The notes: generated by a model not told the origin, from the letters alone. 36,877 nucleotides of DNA from Candidatus Micrarchaeota archaeon (GCA_013153395.1 JAADEL010000049.1:1-36877); one strand, 5' to 3'; counted from the stretch's first letter, positions 1-9,976 are shown. Numbers and translations are program-made.

Positions 1-56
1 GGGAAGCGCTTGGGCTTTTCGTAGACTACCTCCTCTGTAAGCTTTAATTGGGGCAC
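1..56 (-). CDS. Possible 5' end of a gene running off the window edge (MPQLKLTEEVVYEKPKRF...)
   Basis: GTG at 56 on the minus strand, open to position 1. TTTAAA at 81-86 lies 25 nt upstream, the same spacing as other genes here. Confidence 0.35.
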   Translation of the reverse strand, partial: MPQLKLTEEVVYEKPKRF

Positions 57-105
57 GTTTAAGTGTTGGAGGCTTTTTCTTTTAAACCTTTTATTAAACC
101 AAAGA

Positions 106-627
106 GTGGTTGTACAGGAGAAGTTTGATGGAAAACCTATAGCCTTTAGGAGTAAAGATAGAAGGTTTGTGATATTTGCAGAGGACCTGTTGAAAAGGCA
201 TTCTATTCCTTATTGGGTACCCGCCCGTTATGCAGTATTTGATATATATGATATCAGAGGAGTGTTTTTAGAAGATGATGACATGAGGAAGGTAGTAAAA
301 GATATACGAGAAGGCAAACTTCCGATAGAGGGAGCTCGGCCTTGGGATTTCTTTGCTGTTCCTTGGATAGAAAAGGGCTTTATTGATATAAAAGAGCTTC
401 CTTATCTTATACTCCCTTCTTACTACACTCAAAATAGCGAGAAGATGGAAGGGATTGTGGTAAAGCCGTTAAGAGAGTTGTTCGAGATAGAACAGCTTCG
501 TGGAAAACTGGTAAGAAAGGAGTTTGAAGAGGGGATCCGAGAACACCATCTTAGACAACCTACCCTCTATAACATCATAGACCCCAGCAAACCTATCCTC
601 TTAAGTTATAAAGATTACACTCAGTAA
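106..627 (+). CDS. Minimal ATP-dependent RNA ligase-like nucleotidyltransferase
   Basis: Ligase motifs in order: I (QEKFDG), Ia (FRSK), III (FAED), IIIa (YAVFDIYD), IV (EGIVVK), V (GKLVRKEF). No OB domain. Confidence 0.75.
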   Translation: MVVQEKFDGKPIAFRSKDRRFVIFAEDLLKRHSIPYWVPARYAVFDIYDIRGVFLEDDDMRKVVKDIREGKLPIEGARPWDFFAVPWIEKGFIDIKELPYLILPSYYTQNSEKMEGIVVKPLRELFEIEQLRGKLVRKEFEEGIREHHLRQPTLYNIIDPSKPILLSYKDYTQ

Positions 628-634
628 AAAGAGC

Positions 635-2101
635 ATGTACGTTTTAGATACCAGCATCGTAATAAATCGACCAAAGGAAGTATGGGATTTAGAGGATCCC
701 ATCTATATTACCAGAGCCACTCTAGCAGAACTAGAGCATCTCTCCAACCTAGGAAAAGAAGAGGGATTCATAGGGTTCCAGTTTATCGAGGAGCTTAAGA
801 AGAAAAAGAGAGTGGAGATTGTAGGTCCAAGACCTACTCCTGGGCAAATACAGTTTGCTAAAAAGGGTGGAGAGATAGATAACCTTATAAGAGAAGTGGC
901 CAAGAGCCTGGATGCCACTTTGGTAACATCGGATAGGGTTCAATATCTAGTAGCAAAGGCGGAGGAGATCCCCGCATTGCTCATACTACCGGAGGGTTCC
1001 TTACCTTTTGAAAAATACTTTACCAAGAACGTGATGAGCGTTCATCTGAGAGAGAATTCCCATGTGCAGCTCAAAGAAGGGCATCCTGGAGGCTGGAGGC
1101 TCAAAACCTTGGACGAATTTATGGATAAAGAAAAGATTTCTTATGTAATTTCTCAGATAGAGAACTATGCTCGTGCCAACAACATCTATTTTGAAATATT
1201 AAGAGAAGGGGCCAAGGTAATCCAAATCAACGATTATCGTATTGTGATTGCCTATCCTCCCTTCTCGGATGCGAGAGAGGTCACCGTGGTAAGACCAGTA
1301 AAGAGATTGACCTTGGAAGATTATAATCTAAGGAAAGAGTTGTTAGAAAGGATAAACAGAGAGGCAGAGGGAATATTGATAGCGGGTTCTCCGGGTTCAG
1401 GAAAAACCACCTTTGCCAACGCCCTTGCCAACTACTATGTCTCCCAAAACAAGGTGGTAAAAACCTTGGAGGAGCCCCGAGATATGGATGTGCCTCCTGA
1501 AGTAAGCCAGTATAGAAGGCTAGAGGGAAGCTATGAATATACCAAAGATATCTTGCTCCTGGTAAGGCCTGACTATGTGTTCTTTGATGAAGTAAGGAGA
1601 ACAGACGACTTCCACACCTACATAGACCTAAGAATGGCCGGTATTGGTATGGTGGGAATAGTGCATGCCAAGGCACCTATAGATGCTATTGAAAGGTTTA
1701 TTAACAGGGTGGAGCTGGGAATGATCCCGCAGATTATTGATACGGTGATATTTATCGAAGGAGGTCAGATTGGACAGGTTTATACCTTGAATCAGGTGAT
1801 AAAGGTTCCTTCAGGCATGTTTGAGAGGGATTTGGCAAGACCTGTGGTGGAGGTAAGAGACTTCTTCACCGAGAGATTATTGTATGAGATATATAAGTTC
1901 GGAGAGGAAACAGTGGTCTATCGCATAAGAAGCCAATCCAAGCTCGATAAAGAGCTCTCTAAAATCTTTGATGATTATAAGCTAGAGCACAGAGATGGCC
2001 GCTGGACCGTGATTATTCCAAAGTCGGAGCTCAAGAAGCTTAACAAGAAGTCGGTGAAGAAGCTCCTGAAAAAATACAACCTCCATTTTGAAATAGAATG
2101 A
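635..2101 (+). CDS. PIN-domain ATPase (PINA / PINc-VapC ATPase family)
   Basis: N-terminal PIN motif (YVLDTS...ELE...D...LVTSD), Walker A GSPGSGKT, Walker B FFDE, and RVELGMIPQIIDT / DLARPVVEV family motifs. Confidence 0.9.
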   Translation: MYVLDTSIVINRPKEVWDLEDPIYITRATLAELEHLSNLGKEEGFIGFQFIEELKKKKRVEIVGPRPTPGQIQFAKKGGEIDNLIREVAKSLDATLVTSDRVQYLVAKAEEIPALLILPEGSLPFEKYFTKNVMSVHLRENSHVQLKEGHPGGWRLKTLDEFMDKEKISYVISQIENYARANNIYFEILREGAKVIQINDYRIVIAYPPFSDAREVTVVRPVKRLTLEDYNLRKELLERINREAEGILIAGSPGSGKTTFANALANYYVSQNKVVKTLEEPRDMDVPPEVSQYRRLEGSYEYTKDILLLVRPDYVFFDEVRRTDDFHTYIDLRMAGIGMVGIVHAKAPIDAIERFINRVELGMIPQIIDTVIFIEGGQIGQVYTLNQVIKVPSGMFERDLARPVVEVRDFFTERLLYEIYKFGEETVVYRIRSQSKLDKELSKIFDDYKLEHRDGRWTVIIPKSELKKLNKKSVKKLLKKYNLHFEIE

Positions 2102-3483
2102 TAGAGCTGCGCGAATACCAGAAGAACATTGCCAAGACGTGTTTGTTCCACAATTGTTTGGTGGTGCTACCCACTGGCCTGGGAAAAACCCACATTGCCT
2201 TTTATATCATGTCCAGGTATAAGACGGGTTTATTTTTGGCACCTACCAAGCCCCTTGTAGAGCAGCAGGCCAAGGTCTTTATGGAACATTATTCCCAGGA
2301 TGTGGAGATAGCTACAGGGGACAACCGCAAGCGCCAGTACAAAGCCCGTTATATATTTGCCACACCCCAGACGATTGAAAGGGATTTAGATAGACTGGAT
2401 CCTGAGAGGTTTGATGTGATTGTGTTTGATGAAGCTCATAAGGCGGTGGGCAACTATGCCTATGTGAAGATTGCCAAGCACTTTAGGCCCAAGCGCATTA
2501 TAGGGCTAACGGCCTCTCCTGGACATGATATAGAACGTATTCAGGAGATCCTCCACAACCTACGCATCCAACGCATAGAGATAAGAACTGAGGAAGACCC
2601 CGATGTAAAGCCTTATATGCAGAAAAAGCTTATCCGGTATGTGCCGGTAGAGCTCACACCCGAATACAAGGAGCTGGTGAAGATGCTTGGAGAGCTTATG
2701 AAAAAACACGCAGAAACCTTGAAAAAATTCCATATTCCTGTGCCCACCAAAGCAACCATGTCTGCCAGCATGCAGGAGATAGATAAGCTTCCACCTGAGC
2801 ACAGGTTCCCTGCCATGATCGCCTTCTCCCAATATGTAAACCTAAGCCATATTAAAGAGCTGCTAGAGACAGAGAGCGTGCTTGCCGTAAAGAACTATCT
2901 CCAAAAGCTCGATAGGAAAAAACAATCCGTGAAAGCTCTTCTAAAGGATTTGGAGCCTTTTTTGAAGAAGCTGGACGAGGTAGGGGAGCATCCCAAGGTA
3001 AAAAAGGCTGTTTCCCTCATAAAGGCCTTGAAGGGCAAAAAAGGCATTCTTTTCTCTCAATACACAGACCAGATACGCTATCTTAAGGACCTGCTAGAAA
3101 AAGAAGGCATAAAAGCAGAAATCTTCATTGGCAAGCACAAAGGATACACGCGCAAAGACCAGTTGCGCACCTTGGAAAGATTCCGAAAGGGAGAGTTTGA
3201 CGTGCTGGTTTCGTCCAGTATCGGAGAGGAAGGATTGGACGTCCCTGTGGTGGATTTTGTTATATTCTATGAGCCGGTGCCTAGTGCTATTCGCACCATC
3301 CAACGAATGGGACGCACAGGCCGTTTTAGAGAGGGATATGTGTATATGTTGGTGGCCAAGGGAACCCGAGACCAAGGATATATGTATGCGGCTAAGAAAA
3401 GAACCAAGCAGATGTATTCTACCCTAAACAACCTTAAAAAGACCTTAGAGGAGGCCAAGAAAAAAACGTTGTTAGATTTCTAA
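2098..3483 (+). CDS. hef: Hef/FANCM-like SF2 helicase (helicase domain only)
   Basis: Q motif REYQ, LPTGLGKT, DEAH, TAS, EEGLD, QRMGRTGR. ATGA overlap with the upstream gene. C-terminal PIP-like KTLLDF. Confidence 0.85.
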   Translation: MIELREYQKNIAKTCLFHNCLVVLPTGLGKTHIAFYIMSRYKTGLFLAPTKPLVEQQAKVFMEHYSQDVEIATGDNRKRQYKARYIFATPQTIERDLDRLDPERFDVIVFDEAHKAVGNYAYVKIAKHFRPKRIIGLTASPGHDIERIQEILHNLRIQRIEIRTEEDPDVKPYMQKKLIRYVPVELTPEYKELVKMLGELMKKHAETLKKFHIPVPTKATMSASMQEIDKLPPEHRFPAMIAFSQYVNLSHIKELLETESVLAVKNYLQKLDRKKQSVKALLKDLEPFLKKLDEVGEHPKVKKAVSLIKALKGKKGILFSQYTDQIRYLKDLLEKEGIKAEIFIGKHKGYTRKDQLRTLERFRKGEFDVLVSSSIGEEGLDVPVVDFVIFYEPVPSAIRTIQRMGRTGRFREGYVYMLVAKGTRDQGYMYAAKKRTKQMYSTLNNLKKTLEEAKKKTLLDF

Positions 3484-3815
3484 AGAAGCTTAAGGTGGCC
3501 TGTGATATTGTCCAATACCTCATCAGGATAGGGACCGATCCCTAGGGCAGTAATGGTTCCTGGTTCTAACTGAGTGTGGCCCGCATCCCGGATAAGCACA
3601 GGGTTGAGACCTTGTTTTTTTGCCTGGTCATAGAGACGCAGGAGTTCTTTTTCAGGAGCCTTGAGCACCACCTTTTTTACACCGGATCTCTCCCACTGCC
3701 ATTTGTTAAACCAAGGAGCCCGTTGATAGGCCTCTAAAGAAGCATGGGCCACCTGAGCACACATCTTGCCCTTGCCCATTTTGATATCCTGGTTAATCAC
3801 AATTACTTGCTTCAT
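3480..3815 (-). CDS. pth2: Peptidyl-tRNA hydrolase Pth2
   Basis: MGKGKMCAQVAHA, KKVVLK, DAGHTQLEPGTIT-LGIGP, ITGHLKLL. Confidence 0.95.
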   Translation of the reverse strand: MKQVIVINQDIKMGKGKMCAQVAHASLEAYQRAPWFNKWQWERSGVKKVVLKAPEKELLRLYDQAKKQGLNPVLIRDAGHTQLEPGTITALGIGPYPDEVLDNITGHLKLL

Positions 3816-4854
3816 AATTTTTTGTAAGTTCTTTTAAAAAGGTGGTTGCGTATGACCCTCGCGGGAGCTTGAAAGAGATATGGTCCTGGAAAAGCTTGAG
3901 ATCAAAATAGCGCTCTAGCATCTTGCGGGGAGCGCCCTTTGCCCTTAAGGTAGGGAGAGAACGCATCTGAAAATGTTCTTGGGTAAGGTTTAATTGCTGG
4001 AGGATTTCCTGCTGATAAGGATTGATGTTGGTATCATATCCAACCAAATAACCCTCCTCCACCAAATCTTGATTATCATAACGCAGGTCAAGCTCTTTGT
4101 TAAAGATATAGGATTGGACGCTGTGGATAAATAAAAGGGAAAAGTTCCTGGGGAGCTCTAGCAGGATTTGCTTGGGGCTCTTCCCCTCTCTCAACCGACC
4201 CACAATCCAGTTTTCATGCTTCATATGCTTGGGAAAGGAGGGAAGTTCGCCTTCTTGGATGCGTTTTCTTATCTCCAGGATCTCGGGATTGTTTTCCCGG
4301 GGATAGGTGAGGAAAAGCTGAAGGGCCTCTTCAAACCTCTCTTGGAGCAAAAGCAACCCTACCTTAACATTGATGCATTTCCTCCCAAACCTCTGCTCTC
4401 CGAAATAGTTCAAGAAATAGCCCGGGAGCTCCTCTATAACCGGGCTAAGGCGTTCAATCTCAGGATGGTAAACATGGAAAAGATTCCCCCAGAGGTCGCC
4501 CATCCGCAGCTTTTTTATCAACGTTCCTCCCTTTACAATCTCCACATCCTTGATAGAAAGGGGTTCTATAGGGCGAGGAAGGGTTATGCGTTGGTAGGTG
4601 GTGGCATTCTTATCCTTCATGCCCGCAAACCCAATATACTTGAGCTTTATTCCTGTAAGGTAGGAAAGGCGTTTTAAGAGAGTGTCGGTGGACCAGTTTT
4701 TCTTTTTTATTATATAAAGGTGTTGAGAGCCTTTTTCATCCTTACGATAGTCCAAGTTCACAACCTTTCCTTCTTGATCTATCTCATGGACATGGAAGGT
4801 CTGGGCATTGAGGGTAAAGGAAATGCCAGGACGGGTTTGGGTTAAAAACCTCAT
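3793..4854 (-). CDS. truD: tRNA pseudouridine(13) synthase TruD
   Basis: FAGMKDKNATTYQ (catalytic Asp), GDLWGNLF, NYFGEQRFG, HSVQSYIFN, FKLPRGSYAT. Confidence 0.93.
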   Translation of the reverse strand: MRFLTQTRPGISFTLNAQTFHVHEIDQEGKVVNLDYRKDEKGSQHLYIIKKKNWSTDTLLKRLSYLTGIKLKYIGFAGMKDKNATTYQRITLPRPIEPLSIKDVEIVKGGTLIKKLRMGDLWGNLFHVYHPEIERLSPVIEELPGYFLNYFGEQRFGRKCINVKVGLLLLQERFEEALQLFLTYPRENNPEILEIRKRIQEGELPSFPKHMKHENWIVGRLREGKSPKQILLELPRNFSLLFIHSVQSYIFNKELDLRYDNQDLVEEGYLVGYDTNINPYQQEILQQLNLTQEHFQMRSLPTLRAKGAPRKMLERYFDLKLFQDHISFKLPRGSYATTFLKELTKNYEASNCD

Positions 4855-4865
4855 TTCTCAAAATT

Positions 4866-5774
4866 ATGTCCATGTATTATTATATAAACCATGAGGTGTT
4901 CCATCCTCTCAAGGAGTTTTTAGAAAGAGAGGGCATGCCCACCCAAAAAATAGAGAAGAGATGGGAAATCTTCTTTCCCAAGTATTTCCTCTTTACAAAA
5001 AACAAAGTGGATCCCAATAAACCTTCTATCGTGCATTCTCCTTGGATCCATGATATTCCGTGGAAGATTAAAGCTCCTAAGATTGTGATTGAGGAATACT
5101 TTTTTACCAATGGGCTGAGGGATAAGCTCTTCAAAAAGGTAATGGCCCCCTATAAGGTTTTTATCACGCTTACTCCAATTACCCATCAATTCTTGATTGA
5201 TTGGGGAAAGGAAAGCTTTCTTTTGCCTCCGTTGTTAGAGGGGAAGCTGGTGAAGGAGAAAAAGGACTATATCCTGAGCGTAATGAGATTGGAAAGGAGG
5301 AAAAATCCTGAGATGATTGTCCGCCTTGCAAAGGCCTTTCCTGAAAAAAGGTTCATAATAGCAACCGGCGGCCATTATGAAAAAAGATATCTGGAAATGT
5401 TAAGACTTCCCAATGTCCAGATTATCAAAGAGAGATTGCCAAAGAAGAATTTAGAGGAGCTTTTGGCAAAGGCAAGGTTGTTTGTGTTTCCCACCCTCCA
5501 GGACCCTATAGGATATGCTCCTATCGAGGCCCTGAGGTTTGGGACGCCTGTTCTACTTTCCACAAAGGCTGCTGTAAGCTCCTTCTTCCCTGATAAAGAA
5601 TGGGTACTTCCTCCAGAGGATGAAAACGCATGGGTAGAAAAGGTAAAGGAGATGTGGGAAAAGGCAAAGCCTGAGGACTTTTATCGGAGCTTTAAAGCGG
5701 TGTTTTCCAAGGATGAAAGCATCTACCGCGATAACTACCGCATATTCAAAAACTATCTAAAGAGCTTTGCTTGA
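4866..5774 (+). CDS. GT-B glycosyltransferase, family 4-like
   Basis: RLERRKN, FVFPTLQDPIGYAPIEAL-GTPV C-terminal motifs. The start could be the ATG at 4872. Confidence 0.8.
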   Translation: MSMYYYINHEVFHPLKEFLEREGMPTQKIEKRWEIFFPKYFLFTKNKVDPNKPSIVHSPWIHDIPWKIKAPKIVIEEYFFTNGLRDKLFKKVMAPYKVFITLTPITHQFLIDWGKESFLLPPLLEGKLVKEKKDYILSVMRLERRKNPEMIVRLAKAFPEKRFIIATGGHYEKRYLEMLRLPNVQIIKERLPKKNLEELLAKARLFVFPTLQDPIGYAPIEALRFGTPVLLSTKAAVSSFFPDKEWVLPPEDENAWVEKVKEMWEKAKPEDFYRSFKAVFSKDESIYRDNYRIFKNYLKSFA

Positions 5775-7899
5775 TGTTCTCGGTGAGCTCAGCTTCCGAT
5801 ACACCCAGTTCTTGAATAAGCTTCATCACAGCAGGCAGCACTTGATGATGGATATAATATTCGGCATCATATTGAAGGTTATGGGATTTGAAGAGCTCAT
5901 AGGGCCAGGCCTTATCGGAGGTTTTTCCATCTTGAGCTGCTATTATATACCTAATCAAAGTTCCTGGTTTGACCTTTTCTCCCTTTTGTCTGAGGCGTTT
6001 GGCGGCCATCACTTCAGGGCTTATCACATCATACTTGTCCAAGGACTTGGTAATCTGAGAGGTGATGACGAGCTCCTCGGGCTTGACCTCTCCGCGGCGC
6101 AATCTCTTTACCACTTCCTGGATATAGGAAATGGCCTTTTCCTTGCTTCCCTCTTTGAGGATGATATCAAGGACCTTGCGCTGGGTCTCACGAGCAATAG
6201 GGCTCCAGTCCCTACGCACAAGCTCAAAGCCCCTTATCTTGACGGAGCCGTCCTCGGCTAGCAGAGCATACTTTTTCTTTGCTCCCGCTTCCTCCCCCTT
6301 CTTAGTTACAAAGAGGCCGCGGATGTAGAAATTTTCCAAATCAAGGCGCATTTTTCCTGGAAGTTTTTTATTAATATACTCCAAAAATCGTAAAATGTCC
6401 TCCTTTTTCTCATAAATCAAAAACACCGAATCGGTATCCGTATAAAGCACCTTGAAGCCCCATTTCTCCGCCTCTTCAATTACTTCCATGATGTGCTTGC
6501 GGCCCCACGCGGTCACGCTCTCGGCCGCCTCTCGGAGATAATAACGGCTCCTAGGATATCCCATATAGCCATAGAAAGAGTTGGCCAACACCTTAAGGGC
6601 CTGAGCACGCGCCTGAAGCTGTTTGTTGTCTGGGTCTTCTTTAAGCTTTTTCTTGATCGCATCCCTCTCATCTATCAATCCTTCTAAAATCCTTGGGATT
6701 AGGCCCTGAGGATGGTCTAAAAAGGCATGGCCCAATGGAGAGATATACCCCTTTCCCTCTTTATTGTAGGTATAGTAATCGATGTTGTAGGTTATGATGA
6801 TGGAGGGATATAGGCTGCGAAAGTCCAAGACCGCAATGTTCTCATAAATCCCAGGCTCAGGGAGCTTTACATAGGCTCCCTTTATAGGATTGCTTTCTCG
6901 ATATTCTACTTCTTCCCGAGAGGGTAGAGCAGGAATCAAAAACTCCGGTCCTCCTTCGTAGAGCAAAAGATTTTCCACCAGTTGCCCCGGGGTGCTGGAA
7001 ACAAGCTCCTGCATAAAGGTGCGGGAGGTGTGGGAAAGCTCTATTATAAGGTCAAAGAAATGCTCAAAAAGAGCCTTGGTGGCAAGGGCATCCGAAAGAG
7101 AATATTCCCAAAGGTCCTTATCTCCGTCTTGCCACATCTTCCATATCTCATTCTTTGTGATGGAGAATTTATCCTCTCCAAACAACGTCTCATATACGGT
7201 TTTCAAAGTATAGTCCTTTACCTCAATTACCCCCAATCTTTTGAACAATCTCACAATCTTGTACATATCCACATGGATTCTTCCTGGGATTTTGACCTTT
7301 TTCTTCCCCATATCCAGGCCCCAACGCGCAATATTGAACACAATCCCATGTTTTTTGGCCCGCTTTTGAAGATAGGGTAAATCAAACATAAAGGAATTAT
7401 ACCCAACTAAGATATCAGGGTCGTAGGTGAGCACAATATCCATAAAGGCTTTGATGAGTTGTTTTTCGCTTTTATAGGGGGTTTGTCTGTTGCCATTACT
7501 TAACATAAGAACATCGGCCTTGTCCTTGGTTGCATAAGATATGGCAATAATAGGATCCTTGCGGGCATCCACTGCTCCTCCTTCATTATAAACCTCAATG
7601 TCAAAGGCCAGGTAGGTAAGCTCATCCTTGATATAGTGGGGAGCAGTGCGGGTATCTATCTGATAGCGCTTTTTCAAAGGAATGTCATATTCATAGGGCT
7701 CAGGAACATCAAGAATAAGACTTTTAATAGCTTTGGTGTCAGGTGCCTCTCTCTTTTGAAGCTGCTTGGGCTTAAACTCCTTCCATATCTTCTTTATAGG
7801 TCCTTGGTCATCTTTATAGAGGAAATAGGGTGAAAACTCAGGCTTGTAATAGCCATCCTTGCGATAGATTACCAGATTATCATCAATCTCCAGTATCAT
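5746..7899 (-). CDS. polB: Family B DNA polymerase (uninterrupted)
   Basis: Exonuclease motifs FDIE, YN-FDLPYL, YSLSDA. Polymerase motifs DFRSLYPSII, KVLANSFYGY, YTDTDS. C-terminal PIP box QSSLDSF. Confidence 0.95.
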   Translation of the reverse strand: MILEIDDNLVIYRKDGYYKPEFSPYFLYKDDQGPIKKIWKEFKPKQLQKREAPDTKAIKSLILDVPEPYEYDIPLKKRYQIDTRTAPHYIKDELTYLAFDIEVYNEGGAVDARKDPIIAISYATKDKADVLMLSNGNRQTPYKSEKQLIKAFMDIVLTYDPDILVGYNSFMFDLPYLQKRAKKHGIVFNIARWGLDMGKKKVKIPGRIHVDMYKIVRLFKRLGVIEVKDYTLKTVYETLFGEDKFSITKNEIWKMWQDGDKDLWEYSLSDALATKALFEHFFDLIIELSHTSRTFMQELVSSTPGQLVENLLLYEGGPEFLIPALPSREEVEYRESNPIKGAYVKLPEPGIYENIAVLDFRSLYPSIIITYNIDYYTYNKEGKGYISPLGHAFLDHPQGLIPRILEGLIDERDAIKKKLKEDPDNKQLQARAQALKVLANSFYGYMGYPRSRYYLREAAESVTAWGRKHIMEVIEEAEKWGFKVLYTDTDSVFLIYEKKEDILRFLEYINKKLPGKMRLDLENFYIRGLFVTKKGEEAGAKKKYALLAEDGSVKIRGFELVRRDWSPIARETQRKVLDIILKEGSKEKAISYIQEVVKRLRRGEVKPEELVITSQITKSLDKYDVISPEVMAAKRLRQKGEKVKPGTLIRYIIAAQDGKTSDKAWPYELFKSHNLQYDAEYYIHHQVLPAVMKLIQELGVSEAELTENIKQSSLDSF

Positions 7900-8025
7900 G
7901 CTAAAATATGGCCCATGGTCCTTTTAATATTATACTAATGAGCATTATAATGCCCTCGTCGACCAAGATAATCTCAAGAAAAAGCTGCCCTACAAACTTT
8001 TAAACTCCTGTAAGTGATTAAGGGC

Positions 8026-9117
8026 GTGGATATTGATGCCAAGATAAGGGAGCTGGAAGAGGAGCTGGCACGCACTCAGAAGAACAAGGCCACCGAAAAA
8101 CACATTGGTCTTTTGATGGCCAAGATTGCCAAGCTTCGCCGGGAGAAGATAAAGCAGGCCAGCAAATCCAAAAAGGGCCATGGCTTCAATGTCTCACGCA
8201 CCGGAGACGGTAGAGCAGCCCTGTTGGGATTTCCTTCAGTAGGAAAATCCTCCCTTATCTCCAAGCTCACAGGCAAGGAATCCAAAACTGCTGGATATGC
8301 CTTTACAACATTGGATGTGATCCCGGGCATGCTCCACTACAAAGGAGCAAAGATACAGGTGCTCGACCTCCCTGGCATCATAACCGAAGCCTCCAAAGGA
8401 AAGGGACGAGGAAAGGAGGTGCTTTCCGTGGTGAGGACCTCGGACGTGGTGGTGATTGTGCTAGATGCGGAAAAGGCCGAGAAAGAATATCAAGCGTTGA
8501 TGAAGGAGGTGGAAAACGCCGGCATAAGATTGAACAAAAGCCCGCCTGATGTCTCCATAAGCAAAAAATCCAAAGGCGGCATTAACATCTATCGAAGAAA
8601 AAGAGGAAAGGGCCCTAGCGATGACTTTATTCTTTCGGCTCTCCGAGAACATGGAATATTGAATGCGGATGTGGTTGTGGGCGAGAACGTAACTGAAAAG
8701 GATTTTATTGATGCCCTCGACCCTTCTTTGGTTTATCTCAAGGGAATGGTGGTAATAAACAAGATTGACCTCATCTCCCAAGAGAGATTGAAAGAATTAC
8801 AAAAACTATTCCCGGATGCTGTGTTTGTGTCCATTTATTATCCCGAGACCTTGGAAAGGCTTAAAGAAAAGCTCTACGATGCCTTTGAGTTTATCCGCGT
8901 ATATACCAAGCCTTGGAGAGGAGAAGTAGAGAAAGAACCCCTTATCTTAAGGAAAGGAGCTACAGTAAAAGAAGCATGTGAAAAAATCCACCGAGACCTG
9001 CTCAAGAATTTCCGATATGCATTGGTATGGGGACCTTCTGCCAAGCATCCTGGCCAAAGAGTAGGTTTAGAACATAAGCTAGAGGATGGTGACATTATCA
9101 CCATTATTGCAAGATAG
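8026..9117 (+). CDS. DRG/Rbg1-family OBG GTPase with TGS domain
   Basis: KNKATEKH, GFPSVGKS, YAFTT, DLPG, NKID, C-terminal TGS. Start placed at GTG 8026 (22 nt after TTTAAA 7999-8004) rather than 8014. Confidence 0.93.
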   Translation: MDIDAKIRELEEELARTQKNKATEKHIGLLMAKIAKLRREKIKQASKSKKGHGFNVSRTGDGRAALLGFPSVGKSSLISKLTGKESKTAGYAFTTLDVIPGMLHYKGAKIQVLDLPGIITEASKGKGRGKEVLSVVRTSDVVVIVLDAEKAEKEYQALMKEVENAGIRLNKSPPDVSISKKSKGGINIYRRKRGKGPSDDFILSALREHGILNADVVVGENVTEKDFIDALDPSLVYLKGMVVINKIDLISQERLKELQKLFPDAVFVSIYYPETLERLKEKLYDAFEFIRVYTKPWRGEVEKEPLILRKGATVKEACEKIHRDLLKNFRYALVWGPSAKHPGQRVGLEHKLEDGDIITIIAR

Positions 9118-9976
9118 CATGGGCCGCCTTCTTTAACCTGTTCATTATAGAAAAGCCCAATCCTTTTTCAGGCACGCCCAACACCACCATATCTCCTATC
9201 TTATCCAACTCCCGTATCCAATAATAGAGATTCTGGGCAAGTTCTCTTTCATTCTGGTAGTAAAAGACCTTTTCCAGCTTTCTTGGCAATGGAATATCTT
9301 TTCTCCAGATTGCCCCTTTTACCTCGGGAAAATCTCCATCAGGCCGGGTAAGGAGATAGAGCTTATGGGTGGGCTGATAATGAGGATACTTCATTCCAGG
9401 GGCCTCGGCCTCCTTGCTCTTTGCCACCACCAGCTCAGGCAAAAGCTCTTTAAGCTCCTCATAGGTGATAGGGCCGGGCCTAAGCAGCCTCGGCCTTCCT
9501 ACCAAAGAGATAACGGTGGATTCGATGCCTTGGGTGGTTTTTCCCTTTAAGATGACATCTACCTTGTCGCCTAGCTCCTCTACCGCATGCTCATAGGTGG
9601 TTATAGAAGGCCTGCCTGAGAGATTGGCGCTGGGAGCGGCAATAGGCCCTTCTTTTTCAATAAGCAAAAGGGCAACAGGATGGGCAGGCATCCTTACCGC
9701 TACGGTGTCCCTTCCTCCGGTAACCTCATAGGGCAGAGCAGGATGCTTTTTTAGCACCAGCGTTAAAGGCCCAGGCCAATAGCGTTCTATCAGCTTCCAG
9801 GCAACCTCAGGCACCTCCCATGCTATTTCCTCCAGATGCTCAATCCGGGAGATATGCACAATCAAGGGATTATCAGCAGGCCTCCCCTTTATTTTAAATA
9901 TCCTTTTTATTGCTTCTTTATCCCAGACAGAGGCACCTATACCATAGACGGTTTCAGTGGGAAAAACATATATCAT
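9104..9976 (-). CDS. sua5: Threonylcarbamoyl-AMP synthase Sua5
   Basis: FPTETVYGIG, KGRPADNPLIVH, WPGPLT, AAPSANLSG, APGMKYPHY, IMNRLKKAA. Confidence 0.95.
   Translation of the reverse strand: MIYVFPTETVYGIGASVWDKEAIKRIFKIKGRPADNPLIVHISRIEHLEEIAWEVPEVAWKLIERYWPGPLTLVLKKHPALPYEVTGGRDTVAVRMPAHPVALLLIEKEGPIAAPSANLSGRPSITTYEHAVEELGDKVDVILKGKTTQGIESTVISLVGRPRLLRPGPITYEELKELLPELVVAKSKEAEAPGMKYPHYQPTHKLYLLTRPDGDFPEVKGAIWRKDIPLPRKLEKVFYYQNERELAQNLYYWIRELDKIGDMVVLGVPEKGLGFSIMNRLKKAAHAILQ

Noticed and set aside
5746-7899. Split or intein-containing PolB as in Nanoarchaeum
   Set aside because: All polymerase motifs are contiguous in a single 717-aa ORF.
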